Shown piece after piece: positions 8,873 through 19,136 of a DNA stretch of 64,000 nt (the first letter of the stretch is position 1; every line of letters begins with the position of its first letter). The stretch is from Anaerolineae bacterium (GTDB lineage Bacteria > Chloroflexota > Anaerolineae > S140-20). The DNA lies in the NCBI GenBank assembly GCA_027021705.1, contig JALUTT010000132.1, positions 1 through 64,000 of the forward strand, written 5' to 3'. The notes below the pieces were generated by a model. It was not told the DNA's origin and searched no databases. It saw nothing but the letters and a program-made list of their open reading frames with translations. Position numbers and translations under genes: made by a program.

Positions 8873-9454
8873 TTAGGAGGGGAGCTCGGGAAAGGGGCCA
8901 ATGCCCAGCCGGCGTCGCAGCTTCAGCAGGCGGCGCAGGGTCTTCTGGGGGCCGGTGGGATGCTCCAGGAGCAGGACGCCGGCCTCGTAGGCGGCCAGCG
9001 CTTCTTGGCGGCGACCCCGTTTGAAGTAGAAGACCCCCAGAGCACAGAGGGTCTCGCCGGCCCGCTGACGGTCACCCAGTTCCTGAAAAATGTGGGCGGC
9101 CTGACGCAGACAGGCGACCGCTTCCTCGGCCTTGCCCCACTCCGCGTAGAGCCCCCCCAGGTTCCCCAGAGCCTGAGCCTCCCGGCTGCGGTCCCCCAGC
9201 CGGACGAAGGCCATCTGGGCGGTTCGGAAGGCTGCTTCGGCCTCCTCGCGTTGACCGGCCTGTCGGCAGGCCACCCCTCGGTTGTTCTCCATCTCGGCGG
9301 CTTTCAAGAGGTTTCCCTGCGCTCGGTACCCCTCTCCGGCCTGTTGGAAGAGGCGGATGGCCTTCGCGTAGTCGCCGGTGGCAAAGGCTCGCTCGCCCGC
9401 CTCTGCCAGGGCTTCCGGCGTTTCGGTAGGGACGGTGTTGTGGGTCGTGTCCAT
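8873..9454 (-). CDS. Tetratricopeptide repeat protein
   Basis: Repeated TPR-like helices (EAQALGNLGGLY, AGETLCALGVFY). Confidence 0.85.
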   Translation of the reverse strand: MDTTHNTVPTETPEALAEAGERAFATGDYAKAIRLFQQAGEGYRAQGNLLKAAEMENNRGVACRQAGQREEAEAAFRTAQMAFVRLGDRSREAQALGNLGGLYAEWGKAEEAVACLRQAAHIFQELGDRQRAGETLCALGVFYFKRGRRQEALAAYEAGVLLLEHPTGPQKTLRRLLKLRRRLGIGPFPELPS

Positions 9455-9460
9455 CGGTCT

Positions 9461-10309
9461 TTACCGCTCGGCGGCAGACTCTCCCGAGGCCGCTGCGTTG
9501 GCCTCAGCCCGAGCGCTGGCGGCCTGGGCCAAGTACTCGGTGCCCCGTTCCAGGATGTGTAGGAAGCTTCCCAGGAACTCGATGGGGACGGGGAAGATGA
9601 TGGTTGAGTTCTTCTCCGTGGCGATCTCGGTGAGGGTCTGGAGGTAGCGGAGTTGGATGGAGGCTGGCTCCCGGGCGATGGTGGCGGCCGCATCGGCCAG
9701 CGTCTTGGCCGCCTGGAACTCGCCCTCGGCGTGGATGATCTTCGCCCGCTTCTCCCGCTCCGCCTCGGCCTGCCGGGCCATCGCCCGCTGCATGCTCGGC
9801 GGCAACTCCACGTCCTTCACCTCAACGATGCTCACCTTGACCCCCCAGGGTTCTGTCTGCTCGTCAATGATGTGCTGAAGGCGCTCGTTGATCTTCTCCC
9901 GATGGGCCAGCAGATCGTCCAGCTCCACCTGGCCCAGGACGCTGCGCAGGCTGGTCTGGGCGATCTGCCAGGTGGCTCGGCGGTAGTCCTCCACCTGCAC
10001 CACCGCCCGCTCCGGGTCAATGACCCGGAAGTAGGCCACGGCGTTGACCTTGACCGTCACGTTGTCCCGGGTGATCGCTTCCTGAGAGGGGATGTCCAGC
10101 GTGACGACCCGCAGGTCCACCTTCACCATCCGGTCAATGATGGGAATGATGAAGAAAAGCCCCGGACCTTTGGCCCCGATGAGACGTCCCAGGCGGAAGA
10201 TCACGCCCCGCTCGTACTCCTGCACGACCTTGATGGACGTGCTGAGGATGGAGATGAGCAGCAGGGCCGGGACGATAAGCATACCCAACAACTGGATGAG
10301 CAGTTCCAT
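9461..10309 (-). CDS. SPFH/stomatin (slipin) family protein
   Basis: [32 protein letters not shown] and [19 protein letters not shown] before MELLIQ. Confidence 0.95.
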   Translation of the reverse strand: MELLIQLLGMLIVPALLLISILSTSIKVVQEYERGVIFRLGRLIGAKGPGLFFIIPIIDRMVKVDLRVVTLDIPSQEAITRDNVTVKVNAVAYFRVIDPERAVVQVEDYRRATWQIAQTSLRSVLGQVELDDLLAHREKINERLQHIIDEQTEPWGVKVSIVEVKDVELPPSMQRAMARQAEAEREKRAKIIHAEGEFQAAKTLADAAATIAREPASIQLRYLQTLTEIATEKNSTIIFPVPIEFLGSFLHILERGTEYLAQAASARAEANAAASGESAAER

Positions 10310-10349
10310 CGAACACCTCCGAATCCCTTCTACGTGTTGCGTGCTACGG

Positions 10350-10503
10350 TAGGGCTTTTCAATGCTCAAACGTCACCCTCCCGCAGGCCCCGCAGTGCCC
10401 GGCGACCGCCATAGCATATCGAAGGCTGCCCACGAGGCGCTTCAGGCCGTGGGAGGACCTGCGGGAGGGTTCCCCCCAAGGGTTAGGGCGCCGAAAAGCC
10501 CTG
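10350..10503. mobile_element. 154-bp MITE-like element carrying a type-A palindromic cassette
   Basis: Terminal IRs TAGGGCTTTTC / GAAAAGCCCTG, flanked by 9-bp direct repeat GTGCTACGG (10341-10349, 10504-10512). Inner cassette at 10375-10470. Confidence 0.8.
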
Positions 10504-10506
10504 GTG

Positions 10507-11193
10507 CTACGGGTTACGGGCTGTGCGCAGTGCCCGGCGGAAGGCACGGATCTGGTCGCCGATGCTCCCCGGCCCGCCGAAGATGGCGCTGCCGGCGACG
10601 AGGACGGTGGCTCCGGCGGCCACGACCTCGGCTGCGTTGCTCACCTTGATGCCTCCGTCTACCTCTAGGTCGGCCTGGGAGCCCAGCCGGTCCAGCATCG
10701 CCCGCAGCCGGGCCACCTTGGCCGTGCTGGTCGGGATGTAGGTCTGACCGCCGAAGCCGGGGTTGACGGACATCACCAGCACCAGGTCCACGTGGGGAAG
10801 CGCCTCTTCCAACATCACCAGCGGGGTGGCCGGGTTGAGGGTGACACCGGGACGAACGCCCAGCTCCCGAATCCGCTGGAGGGTACGGTGCAGGTGAGGA
10901 CAGGTCTCCACGTGGACGGTGAGGATGTCCGCCCCTGCCTCGGCGAAGGCTTCCAGGTAGCACTCTGGGTTCTCGATCATCAGGTGGACGTCCAGGGGCA
11001 AGCGGGTGACCCGGCGCAGGGCCTGGACGACGGGGGGGCCGATGGTGATGTTGGGCACGAAATGGCCATCCATCACATCCACGTGGATCCAGTCGGCCCC
11101 GGCGGCCTCGGCCTCGGCGACGGCCTCCCCTAGCCGGGCGAAGTCGGCGGCCAGGATAGAAGGAGCCAGTTTGACTGAAGGGTTGTGTTCCAA
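10507..11193 (-). CDS. rpe: Ribulose-phosphate 3-epimerase
   Basis: [31 protein letters not shown] and EVDGG. TTG start is approximate. Confidence 0.96.
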   Translation of the reverse strand: MEHNPSVKLAPSILAADFARLGEAVAEAEAAGADWIHVDVMDGHFVPNITIGPPVVQALRRVTRLPLDVHLMIENPECYLEAFAEAGADILTVHVETCPHLHRTLQRIRELGVRPGVTLNPATPLVMLEEALPHVDLVLVMSVNPGFGGQTYIPTSTAKVARLRAMLDRLGSQADLEVDGGIKVSNAAEVVAAGATVLVAGSAIFGGPGSIGDQIRAFRRALRTARNP

Positions 11194-11210
11194 AAAGCAC
11201 AGCCCTCGAT

Positions 11211-11308
11211 TGGTCGGGTGGTCGCTTGGTCGGATGGTCACGTGGTCGTCTGGTCGCTTGGTCAGGTGGTCGAGTGGTCGCTTGGTCACCTGTCCCTTGC
11301 CCCTTGCC
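11211..11308. repeat. Octamer tandem repeat (TGGTCNNN x10) followed by CCCTTGC heptamers
   Basis: TGGTC recurs exactly every 8 bp from 11211 to 11283. Confidence 0.9.
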
Positions 11309-11309
11309 G

Positions 11310-12389
11310 CTAAGCTACTCGGTCGGCAGCGAGCAGGGCATCAAAGCGCTGGAAGTCGAAGTGTTCCGCCAGGAGCGCCTCGAAGCGGGCCAGCTTGTCC
11401 CGCTGGCCCAACCGGGTCTTGCCGAAGAAGCGCTCGATGGCCTCCACCGTCTTCAGCGTATCCTTGCTGGTCAGGATGACGGGAACGCCCGCCTCCCGCG
11501 CCCGCTCCAGGATGATGGGGCTGGGATGCAGGTTGCCCGTCAGGATAAGCACCTTGGTGGCAGTCTCTAGGGCTGCCAGTTGGATGTCGGATCGGTCGCC
11601 GCCGGTGATGACTGCTTTGTCCGTCTGGCGGCGGAAGCGGCTGAGGGCGGCGTCCACCGTCATTGCCCCCACCATCAGGTTCTCGACCAGTTCGTCGGCC
11701 CTCTCGGGCAGGCAGAGGAACTCCCCCTCCAGCGCCTCCCGCAGTTCGCCCACGCTGATGGCCTGGAGTTGGCGTCGGTGGGGCAGCACCCCCAGGACGG
11801 GGATGCCTCGCTGCTCCAGGAAGGGACGGGCCACCTCGTTGGCGAAGCGCCAGGCCGCTCGGGGGATGGCGTTGAAGACGACGCCGATTAGGGCCTCCCC
11901 CAGCCGCCGACGGGCAACCAGACAGTCGTCCACCAGGCTGTGCTCGTCGGTGTAGCGGACGACGGCCAGGGCGGAGGCTCCCAGCATCGCCACCACGTCG
12001 GGGGTGCCCAGTCCGACGGCGTACCCTTCCCGCAGCCGCGCTCCCCCCTCCAGCATCACGACGTCCTTGTTCCGGCTGATGGCGGCGAAGGTCTGGCGAA
12101 CGATGGCCGGCCAATCCCGCCGGTCCTTACCGGTCAGCACCGCCTCCAGCCCCTCAGGCGTGATGAGGACAGGGGCCAGCTTCTCCAGGGGCTCCTGCAG
12201 CCCCAACAGTTCCCGAGCGAAGGCGGCATCCTCGTCCACCAGCTTTCCCTTCACCGGTCGGGCCGTCGTGCTCAGGGGTTTGAAGTAGCCCACCCGATAC
12301 CCTTCGGCCCGAAAGCGATGGGCCAGCCCTAGACAAAGGGCTGTCTTGCCACTGAAGGTGTCCAGAGAGGTGACGTACACTGCTTTCAT
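11310..12389 (-). CDS. DRTGG-domain protein (BioD-like N-terminal part of phosphotransacetylase)
   Basis: SGKT P-loop, [25 protein letters not shown] and LILTG. Confidence 0.9.
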   Translation of the reverse strand: MKAVYVTSLDTFSGKTALCLGLAHRFRAEGYRVGYFKPLSTTARPVKGKLVDEDAAFARELLGLQEPLEKLAPVLITPEGLEAVLTGKDRRDWPAIVRQTFAAISRNKDVVMLEGGARLREGYAVGLGTPDVVAMLGASALAVVRYTDEHSLVDDCLVARRRLGEALIGVVFNAIPRAAWRFANEVARPFLEQRGIPVLGVLPHRRQLQAISVGELREALEGEFLCLPERADELVENLMVGAMTVDAALSRFRRQTDKAVITGGDRSDIQLAALETATKVLILTGNLHPSPIILERAREAGVPVILTSKDTLKTVEAIERFFGKTRLGQRDKLARFEALLAEHFDFQRFDALLAADRVA

Positions 12390-14497
12390 CCCTCGCTCCT
12401 TCCTTCTAGCACCAGCCGCATGTCCACCGCTACGGCTCCTCGGCCCTCTTCGAAGACGATGAGGGGATTGATGTCCATTTCTACGATTTCGGGGAAGTCG
12501 GTGACGAGCTGGCTGACACGCAGGAGCACTTCGACGATGGCGTCGTGGTCGGCGCGGGGCTCACCCCGCACACCGGCCAGCAGAGCATAGGCCCGGATCT
12601 CTCGGATCATCTCCAGGGCCTCCTGCCGCGTGAAGGGGGCCAGCCGGAAAACGACGTCCTTCAGTGTTTCTACGTAGATGCCGCCCAGCCCGAAGGCGAC
12701 GAGGGGGCCGAACTGGGGGTCCCGGCTCATCCCCACCAGCACCTCCCGCCCTCCCAGGAACATCTCCTGGACCTGGCACCCCCAGAGGCGGGCATCAGGG
12801 ACGTAGCGCATCGCTCGGTAGGTGAGCAGTTCAAAGGCATCCCGCACGTCGGCAGGGGTCTGTAGGTTGAGCTTCACGCCGCCGATCTCCGTCTTGTGCA
12901 GGATGTCGGGCGAGGCGATCTTGAGGGCGACGGGATAGCCGATCCGGTCGGCGACCTCCACGGCTTCGTCGGGGTTACGGGCCAGGGCCGACTGGGGCAC
13001 CCGCAGCCCATAGGCCTGGGCCACGGCCCGCGCTTCGGCATCGCCCACCGTCACCCGCCCCTCCGCCCGCACCCGGGCGAAGAGGTCGGCCACCCGCCCT
13101 CGGTCCACGTCGTCGAAGGTCTCCAGGGTGGGCAAGGGGCGCATCCGCTCCCGTCGGTAGGTCGCCATCGCTCGAAAGGCTTCGGCTGCCCGCTCCGGGA
13201 AGGGGTAGTTGGGCACGCCGTACTGCTGGAGGATGCGGACGCCGGCCTCGATCCGGTGCTCTCCCATGAAGCAGCCCAGGACCGGCTTCTCCTGCTGGGC
13301 TGAGGCCAGTTCCCCCACTACCTGTGCCGTCTTCTCGATCTCCGTCATCGCCTGGGGGGTGAGGATGACGAGGAGGCCGTCCACCCCGGGATCGGAGAGC
13401 ACTGCTCGCAGGGCTCCCTCGTAGCGGTCGGCCAGGGCGTCGCCCAGGACGTCCACCGGATTGTGGGTGCTGGCGGCCCCCGGCAGGAGGGACTCCAGGT
13501 GGGCGATGGTCTCCGAGGTCAGGGCGGCCAACCGGAGCCCCGCCCGCTCCAGGGCGTCGGTGGCCAGGATGCCCGGCCCTCCGGCGTTGGTGACGATGGC
13601 GATTCGGTCTCCCGGCAGCAGCGGCTGGTGGGCGAAGGCCAGGGCGTAGTCGAAGAGGGCTTCCATCGAGGCAGCACGGAGGACGCCGGCCTGGCGGAAG
13701 GCGGCTTGGTAGGCGGCCTCGGAGCCGGCCAGCGAGCCGGTGTGGGAGGAGACGGCCCGCGCCCCTGCTTGGGTGCTACCGGACTTCACGGCCACTACCG
13801 GCTTGCGCTGCGTCACCCGGCGGGCGACCTCGATGAATTGCTGTCCGTCAGGCAATCCCTCCACGTAGATGAGGATCACCCGGGTGTCGGGGTCGTCGGC
13901 CCAGGCTTCCAGGAGGTCGGCTTCGGAGACGTCGGCCTTGTTGCCCAGGCTGACGAACTTGGAGAAGCCGATCCGGCCGGCCATAGCGATGTCCAGCACC
14001 GCCGTGCCCAGGGCCCCCGATTGGGACATGAAGGCCATCGGCCCCCGAGGGGGCATCCCCGCCGCGAAGGTGCCGTTGAAGGGCGTCGTCGTGTCAATGA
14101 TCCCCAGGCAGTTGGGGCCGATGAGGCGCATCCCGTAGCGGCGGGCGATTTCCATCACCTCCCGCTCACGCTCTACGCCCTCCAGGCTGGCCTCCCGGAA
14201 GCCGGCGCTGATGACGACGATGCCCTTCACCCCCTTCTGACCGCATTGCTCGACCACGGCGGGGACGTAGGGGTAGGGGATGACGATGATGGCCAACTCC
14301 ACGGGATCGGGGATCTCCAGGACCGAGGGGTAGCAGGGAAGCCCCATCAGTGCCTGGGCCTTGGGGTTCACGGGGTAGACCCGCCCGGGGAAGCCGCTGT
14401 TGATGATGTTGGAGAGCACGGCGTGGCCCAGCTTCTCCGGGTTGCGGGAAGCACCGACGATGGCCACGGACTGGGGGCGGAAGAAGAAATCCAGCAT
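12386..14497 (-). CDS. Acetate/acyl-CoA ligase (ADP-forming), fused alpha-beta
   Basis: VAIVGAS, IGPNCLG, SQSGA, SHTGSLAG, TNAGGPG, ATP-grasp HKTEIGGV and DPQFGP. Confidence 0.94.
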   Translation of the reverse strand: MLDFFFRPQSVAIVGASRNPEKLGHAVLSNIINSGFPGRVYPVNPKAQALMGLPCYPSVLEIPDPVELAIIVIPYPYVPAVVEQCGQKGVKGIVVISAGFREASLEGVEREREVMEIARRYGMRLIGPNCLGIIDTTTPFNGTFAAGMPPRGPMAFMSQSGALGTAVLDIAMAGRIGFSKFVSLGNKADVSEADLLEAWADDPDTRVILIYVEGLPDGQQFIEVARRVTQRKPVVAVKSGSTQAGARAVSSHTGSLAGSEAAYQAAFRQAGVLRAASMEALFDYALAFAHQPLLPGDRIAIVTNAGGPGILATDALERAGLRLAALTSETIAHLESLLPGAASTHNPVDVLGDALADRYEGALRAVLSDPGVDGLLVILTPQAMTEIEKTAQVVGELASAQQEKPVLGCFMGEHRIEAGVRILQQYGVPNYPFPERAAEAFRAMATYRRERMRPLPTLETFDDVDRGRVADLFARVRAEGRVTVGDAEARAVAQAYGLRVPQSALARNPDEAVEVADRIGYPVALKIASPDILHKTEIGGVKLNLQTPADVRDAFELLTYRAMRYVPDARLWGCQVQEMFLGGREVLVGMSRDPQFGPLVAFGLGGIYVETLKDVVFRLAPFTRQEALEMIREIRAYALLAGVRGEPRADHDAIVEVLLRVSQLVTDFPEIVEMDINPLIVFEEGRGAVAVDMRLVLEGRSEG

Positions 14498-14516
14498 TGG
14501 GATGTCCTTCCTAGGG

Positions 14517-14613
14517 ACCCTCCCGCAGGTTCCCCCCACGACTTGGGGCGCGTCATAGGCAGCCTCTGATGAGCTATGGCTGTCGCCGGGCACCGCGTGA
14601 CTTGCGGGAAGGT
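14517..14613. repeat. Type-A palindromic cassette
   Basis: ACCCTCCCGCAGGT ... ACTTGCGGGAAGGT, interior homologous to the copies at 10375, 24112 and 63812. Confidence 0.85.
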
Positions 14614-14704
14614 GATAGAGCCTGATCTCTTTGCAGGGGATGGGGCCTCAGCCTTGGGCCTCTCCCTCCAGCGTATTGGGCGACCGGCCTTCGGGGAACC
14701 TGGG

Positions 14705-16888
14705 TTACAGGCTCTGCCGGCGGGCTTCGATGACGTTGGGCAGCCGCTCCACCTTGGTCAGCACCCGACTGAGTTGGGCGACGTCGGTGATCTCCAAGGT
14801 GGCGGCGAAGAAGGCGAAGTTCTTGTCGGTGGTCACACTGACGCTGCTCATGTTCACCGCTTCGGCGGCGACGACGCCGGCGATGTCCCGCAGGAGTCCC
14901 TCGCGGTCGTAGGCCACGATCTGAACGCTGACCGGGTAGGTCTGACGGCTGACGCCCCACTCGACCTCGATGAGGCGCTCCGGCTCCCGGGTGTTGAGGA
15001 CGTTGGGACAGTCCCGCCGGTGGACGGTGACGCCCCGCCCCCGGGTGATGTAGCCGACGATCTCATCGCCGGGGAGGGGGTTGCAGCAGCGGGCCAAGTG
15101 GGTGAGGAGCCCTCCCGTGCCCTGCACGGTGACCTCTTCGGCGAGGGATGGCTGGGGCGTCGCAGGAGCAGCAGGAGGGAACGTGGGGGGCTGCTCACGA
15201 CGCTCGGCCTCCAGGACCTTGGTGGCGATCTGGTGGCTATTGATGTCCCCGTAGCCGATGGCGGCCAGGAAGTCCTCGGTCTTCTCGTACTCGAAGAGAC
15301 GGGCCACCGCTTCGTGGCTCATCCCTTCCATCCCCAGTCGCTTCAGTTCCCGTTCCAACAGTTCCCGCCCCTGGGCAATGTTCTGCTCTCGATCCTGGCG
15401 GCGGAACCACTGCCGGATCTTGCTGCGGGCTCGGCTGGTCTTCACGTAGCCCAGGGCCGGGTTCAGCCAGTCCCGGCTGGGGCCGCCCCGGCGGGCGGTG
15501 AGAATCTCCACCTGGTCACCGTTCCTGAGCTGGTAGTCGAGGCTGACCAGCTTGCCGTTGACCTTGGCCCCCCGGCAGCGGTGGCCGATCTCCGTGTGGA
15601 TGTGGTAGGCGAAGTCAATGGGGGTGGAGCCGGCCGGCAGGTCTATCACGTCCCCCCGGGGGGTGAAGACGTAGACCCGATCCTGGAAGAGGTCGGTCTT
15701 GAGGGCGTTGACGAACTCGGCGGCATCGGTGACGTCCTGCCGCCATTCCATCAGTTGGCGCAGCCAGGCGATCTTCTGCTCAAAGATGACATCCCGCTTG
15801 CCGCCTTCCTTATAGCGCCAGTGGGCAGCGATGCCGTACTCGGCGGTGCGGTGCATCTCGTGGGTGCGGATCTGGACCTCCAGTGTCTTTCCGTCGTCGG
15901 CCACGACGGCGGTGTGCAGGGAGCGGTACATATTGTCCTTGGGGGTGGCGATGTAGTCGTCGAACTCCCCCGGGATGGGACGCCAGAGGGTGTGGACCAC
16001 CCCTAGAGCGGTGTAGCACTGGGGGATGGTGTCCACAATGACCCGCAGGCCGCGCACGTCGTGGATCTGATCGAAGGGGAGCCCTTTGCGCTCCATCTTA
16101 CGGTAGATGCTGTAGATGTGCTTGGGGCGTCCCGTGACCTCGGCTTCTATCCCGTGCTCCTTGAGCTTGCGCTGCAGGATGGCGATGTAACGCTGGACGC
16201 TCTTCTCCCGGTCGTGGCGGCGCTCGGCCAGGAGGCGGGCGATCTCCTTGTACTTCTCGGGAGCCAGGTGACGGAAGGCCAGGTCTTCCAGTTCCCACTT
16301 CCACTGCCAGATCCCCAGCCGGTTGGCCAGGGGAGCGAAGATCTCCAGGGTCTCGCGGCAGAAACGGCGGCGGCGTGCTTCGGGGAGCGCGGCGACGGTG
16401 CGCATGTTGTGCAGCCGATCGGCCAGCTTGATCAGGACGACCCGGATGTCCCGGAACATGGCCAGGAACATCTTGCGCAGGCTCTCCAACTCCTGAGCAT
16501 CTAAGCCCTCCCGGCCGGCCCGCTGGTCCTCGATCTTCTTCAGCTTGGTGACGCCGTCCACCAGATCGGCGATCTCGTCGTCGAAGGTCTGCCGCAGGTC
16601 TTCGATGGTGAGAGAAGTGTCCTCGACCACATCGTGGAGCAGGCCGGCAGCGATAGCCTTCACGTCCATACGGAGCTCGGCCAGAATTTGGGCCACGGCC
16701 AGGCTGTGCTGGACGTAGGGCTCGCCCGAAGCTCGCTTCTGCCCGGCGTGGGCCTTCTCAGTCACGGCGTAGGCTCGCCGAAGTAGGTCCAAGTCCTGTT
16801 CGCTGGGGTGGTTCTCCCTTCGGACGGTCTCCAAAAGGGTTTCCAGACTCATAGTTCCCTTGGCGTGGGTTGTCGTTGGGGTTGCCAT
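14705..16888 (-). CDS. rel: Bifunctional (p)ppGpp synthetase/hydrolase (Rel/SpoT homologue)
   Basis: HD hydrolase LLHDVVED, synthetase RPKHIYSI/YRSLHT/EVQIRT, TGS DFAYHIHT, RCCNP and C-terminal ACT. Confidence 0.97.
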   Translation of the reverse strand: MATPTTTHAKGTMSLETLLETVRRENHPSEQDLDLLRRAYAVTEKAHAGQKRASGEPYVQHSLAVAQILAELRMDVKAIAAGLLHDVVEDTSLTIEDLRQTFDDEIADLVDGVTKLKKIEDQRAGREGLDAQELESLRKMFLAMFRDIRVVLIKLADRLHNMRTVAALPEARRRRFCRETLEIFAPLANRLGIWQWKWELEDLAFRHLAPEKYKEIARLLAERRHDREKSVQRYIAILQRKLKEHGIEAEVTGRPKHIYSIYRKMERKGLPFDQIHDVRGLRVIVDTIPQCYTALGVVHTLWRPIPGEFDDYIATPKDNMYRSLHTAVVADDGKTLEVQIRTHEMHRTAEYGIAAHWRYKEGGKRDVIFEQKIAWLRQLMEWRQDVTDAAEFVNALKTDLFQDRVYVFTPRGDVIDLPAGSTPIDFAYHIHTEIGHRCRGAKVNGKLVSLDYQLRNGDQVEILTARRGGPSRDWLNPALGYVKTSRARSKIRQWFRRQDREQNIAQGRELLERELKRLGMEGMSHEAVARLFEYEKTEDFLAAIGYGDINSHQIATKVLEAERREQPPTFPPAAPATPQPSLAEEVTVQGTGGLLTHLARCCNPLPGDEIVGYITRGRGVTVHRRDCPNVLNTREPERLIEVEWGVSRQTYPVSVQIVAYDREGLLRDIAGVVAAEAVNMSSVSVTTDKNFAFFAATLEITDVAQLSRVLTKVERLPNVIEARRQSL

Positions 16889-17032
16889 CTCGCCGCCCTG
16901 CCATTCCGCGCCATCGCCAAAATCCCGGCATTACATCCCAGGCCATTCCTCCGCCTCGATCACCTCTTACCCACATCGGCCAGCAGGCCGGGTCTCCCGC
17001 CCAGCCCGCGTTTCTGTAAGGGCTTCGTTAGG

Positions 17033-17061
17033 ATTGTACTCCAGGATTCGCGAAGATGCAA
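17033..17061 (-). promoter_or_regulatory. Putative sigma70 promoter of rel
   Basis: TTGCAT-17 bp-TACAAT on the minus strand. Confidence 0.65.
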
Positions 17062-17092
17062 GCCCCCTGTTGAGGTGTTGGGGTTTATCAGT

Positions 17093-17213
17093 GCTCAAGC
17101 GAGACCCGAATTCCCGGGTCTTCGCGAGGCGATCTTCCCCTTATGTCCCCGAAACGGGGAGCAAGTTGCCTCTTATGGACGCTTGGTAGGCTTCGGGAAT
17201 CTCCGGGGCTAAG
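17093..17213 (+). repeat. Copy 1 of a diverged ~125-bp intergenic element (homologue inverted at 22414-22537)
   Basis: Shares exact CGCGAGGCGATCTTCCCC and TCGGGAATCTC, plus collinear similarity, with the reverse complement of 22414-22537. Confidence 0.75.
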
Positions 17214-17244
17214 GCGTTGATAAGCCCCGCCGGACCGGTGGCGG

Positions 17245-17273
17245 TTGCCGGGGATGGCGGGATCGGGTATAAT
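17245..17273 (+). promoter_or_regulatory. Putative sigma70 promoter of the peptidase
   Basis: TTGCCG-17 bp-TATAAT. Confidence 0.65.
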
Positions 17274-17318
17274 GGGAGCCCGACTTTGCCCTTTGTTCCC
17301 ACGGGACGGAAGGCGAAC

Positions 17319-18908
17319 ATGGCCGAGACGGCAGCAGATTTTATCGTCCATCACACCGCTGTGGCGGAACCCCTTTTCAAAGCCCGGGCTGAGGCTTACT
17401 GGCGGGCGAACACGACGGGACGGGCCGAGGACCAGGAGGAGGAAGCCCGCTTGAAGGCCGAGATTATGCGCCTTTACGCGGACCCTGAGGCCCTCGCCCG
17501 ACTGAAGGTCTGGCGGGAGGCCGGGGATCATCGGCGCGATCCCCTCCTGGCCCGGCAGGTGGACCTGCTCTACCGGCGCTTCCTGGCCGGCCAGCGCGAC
17601 AAGGAGGTCATCGAAGCCCTGACGGCCCTGGAGAAGGCCGTTCAGAGCCGCTACGTCAACCATCGGCCTCAGGTGCGCGGGCGGGTCCTCTCGGACAACG
17701 ACATCCTGGAGATCCTGCGTCAGGAGAAGGACGAGGCCCTGCGCCGGGAGGCGTGGGAGGCCAGCAAGGAGGTTGGTGCCCAGGTGGCGGAGCAAGTGCG
17801 CGAGTTGGTCCGCCTGCGCAACGCCTCCGCTCGCCGGCTCGGCTTCCGGGACCACTACGCCCTCGCCCTCTTCGTCTCCGAGATTGATGAGGCGTGGCTC
17901 CTTGCCCTGCTGGAGGAGCTGGCCCTCCGCACCGAGGCTCCCTTCCGCCAGATCAAGGCGACCCTGGACGCGGCGCTGGCGGAACGCTTCCACTGCACGC
18001 CGGATGACTTGCGCCCCTGGCACTACGCCGATCCCTTCTTCCAGCACCCCCCTGACGGGGAAGGACCGGACCTGGATCCCATCTTTGCTCAGGCCTCGCT
18101 GGAAGAGCTCGCCCGCCGCACCTATCGGGGCCTGGGGCTGGATGTAGAAGCGATCCTGGCTCGCTCCGACCTCTACGAGCGTCCGGGGAAGAACCAGCAC
18201 GCCTTCTGTTTGGACGTGGACCGCCGGGGGGATGTGCGGGTGCTCTGCAACCTGCGCCCCACGGAGCGCTGGATGAGCACGCTCCTGCACGAGCTGGGCC
18301 ACGCCGTCTACGATGCCTACATCAGTCGGGAGCTGCCCTGGCTGTTGCGCCGGCCGGCCCATATGCTGACCACCGAGGCCATCGCGATGCTGATGGGACG
18401 GCTCACCCAAGACCCCCGCTGGCTGAGGGAGATCGCCGGGGTCCCGACGGAGCAGGCCGAGGCGCTGGCCCCCCGGCTGCATGATCGGCTGCGCCGAAAG
18501 CTGCTCATCTTTCTCCGCTGGGCCCTGGTGATGGTCCACTTCGAGCGGGCCTTCTACGCCGACCCGGACCGCCCCGACCTGAACGAGCTCTGGTGGGACT
18601 TGAAGGCCCGATACCAGCTCCTCACCCCTCCCGAGGGACGGGACCAACCCGATTGGGCGGCGAAGTACCACATCGCTATGGCTCCCGTCTACTACCACAA
18701 CTACGTCCTGGGCGAGGTGTTGGCATCCCAATTGCGAGACACCGTCGAGCGCAGCTTCGGTCACCTGGTCAACCGGCCTCACGCCGGAGAGTTCCTCCGG
18801 GAGGCTATCTTCGCTCCCGGCTCTCGCTGGAACTGGCAGGAGACGGTACAGCGAGCGACCGGTCGCCCCCTCGACCTCTCACCCCTCCTCGGATTTGTGG
18901 GATCGTAG
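17319..18908 (+). CDS. M2/M3-type zinc metallopeptidase
   Basis: HELGH zinc motif, downstream TEAIA Glu, RPGKNQHAFC and HIAMAPVYYHNY. Confidence 0.88.
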   Translation: MAETAADFIVHHTAVAEPLFKARAEAYWRANTTGRAEDQEEEARLKAEIMRLYADPEALARLKVWREAGDHRRDPLLARQVDLLYRRFLAGQRDKEVIEALTALEKAVQSRYVNHRPQVRGRVLSDNDILEILRQEKDEALRREAWEASKEVGAQVAEQVRELVRLRNASARRLGFRDHYALALFVSEIDEAWLLALLEELALRTEAPFRQIKATLDAALAERFHCTPDDLRPWHYADPFFQHPPDGEGPDLDPIFAQASLEELARRTYRGLGLDVEAILARSDLYERPGKNQHAFCLDVDRRGDVRVLCNLRPTERWMSTLLHELGHAVYDAYISRELPWLLRRPAHMLTTEAIAMLMGRLTQDPRWLREIAGVPTEQAEALAPRLHDRLRRKLLIFLRWALVMVHFERAFYADPDRPDLNELWWDLKARYQLLTPPEGRDQPDWAAKYHIAMAPVYYHNYVLGEVLASQLRDTVERSFGHLVNRPHAGEFLREAIFAPGSRWNWQETVQRATGRPLDLSPLLGFVGS

Positions 18909-19064
18909 CGCTCTCCCTGTTGTCTGGGGTTCGCCTGGTCCCGTCTGGACCCGAGATGGCCTGACCGGAGGAGGTCGAGCTCTGCGGGCTGCTTCTCCCT
19001 AATCTCCGCCGGGGAGACTTGTGGACAATCACCAGCAGGTGCGGGTAGCCTGCACAGAGGTTTG

Positions 19065-19073
19065 TGGTATAAT
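19065..19073 (+). promoter_or_regulatory. Extended -10 promoter element
   Basis: TGGTATAAT about 60 bp upstream of the next gene. Confidence 0.5.
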
Positions 19074-19136
19074 TCGGCCCATCCGACGCATTGGCTCTCT
19101 CGGGAGCTTGTCCCGCTTGGAGAGGTCCACGTTCCC

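Noticed and set aside
19020..19028. TTGTCCACA DnaA-box-like site (also at about 57099 inside the Uma2 gene)
   Set aside because: Isolated single boxes with no cluster or AT-rich unwinding region, so no evidence for oriC.
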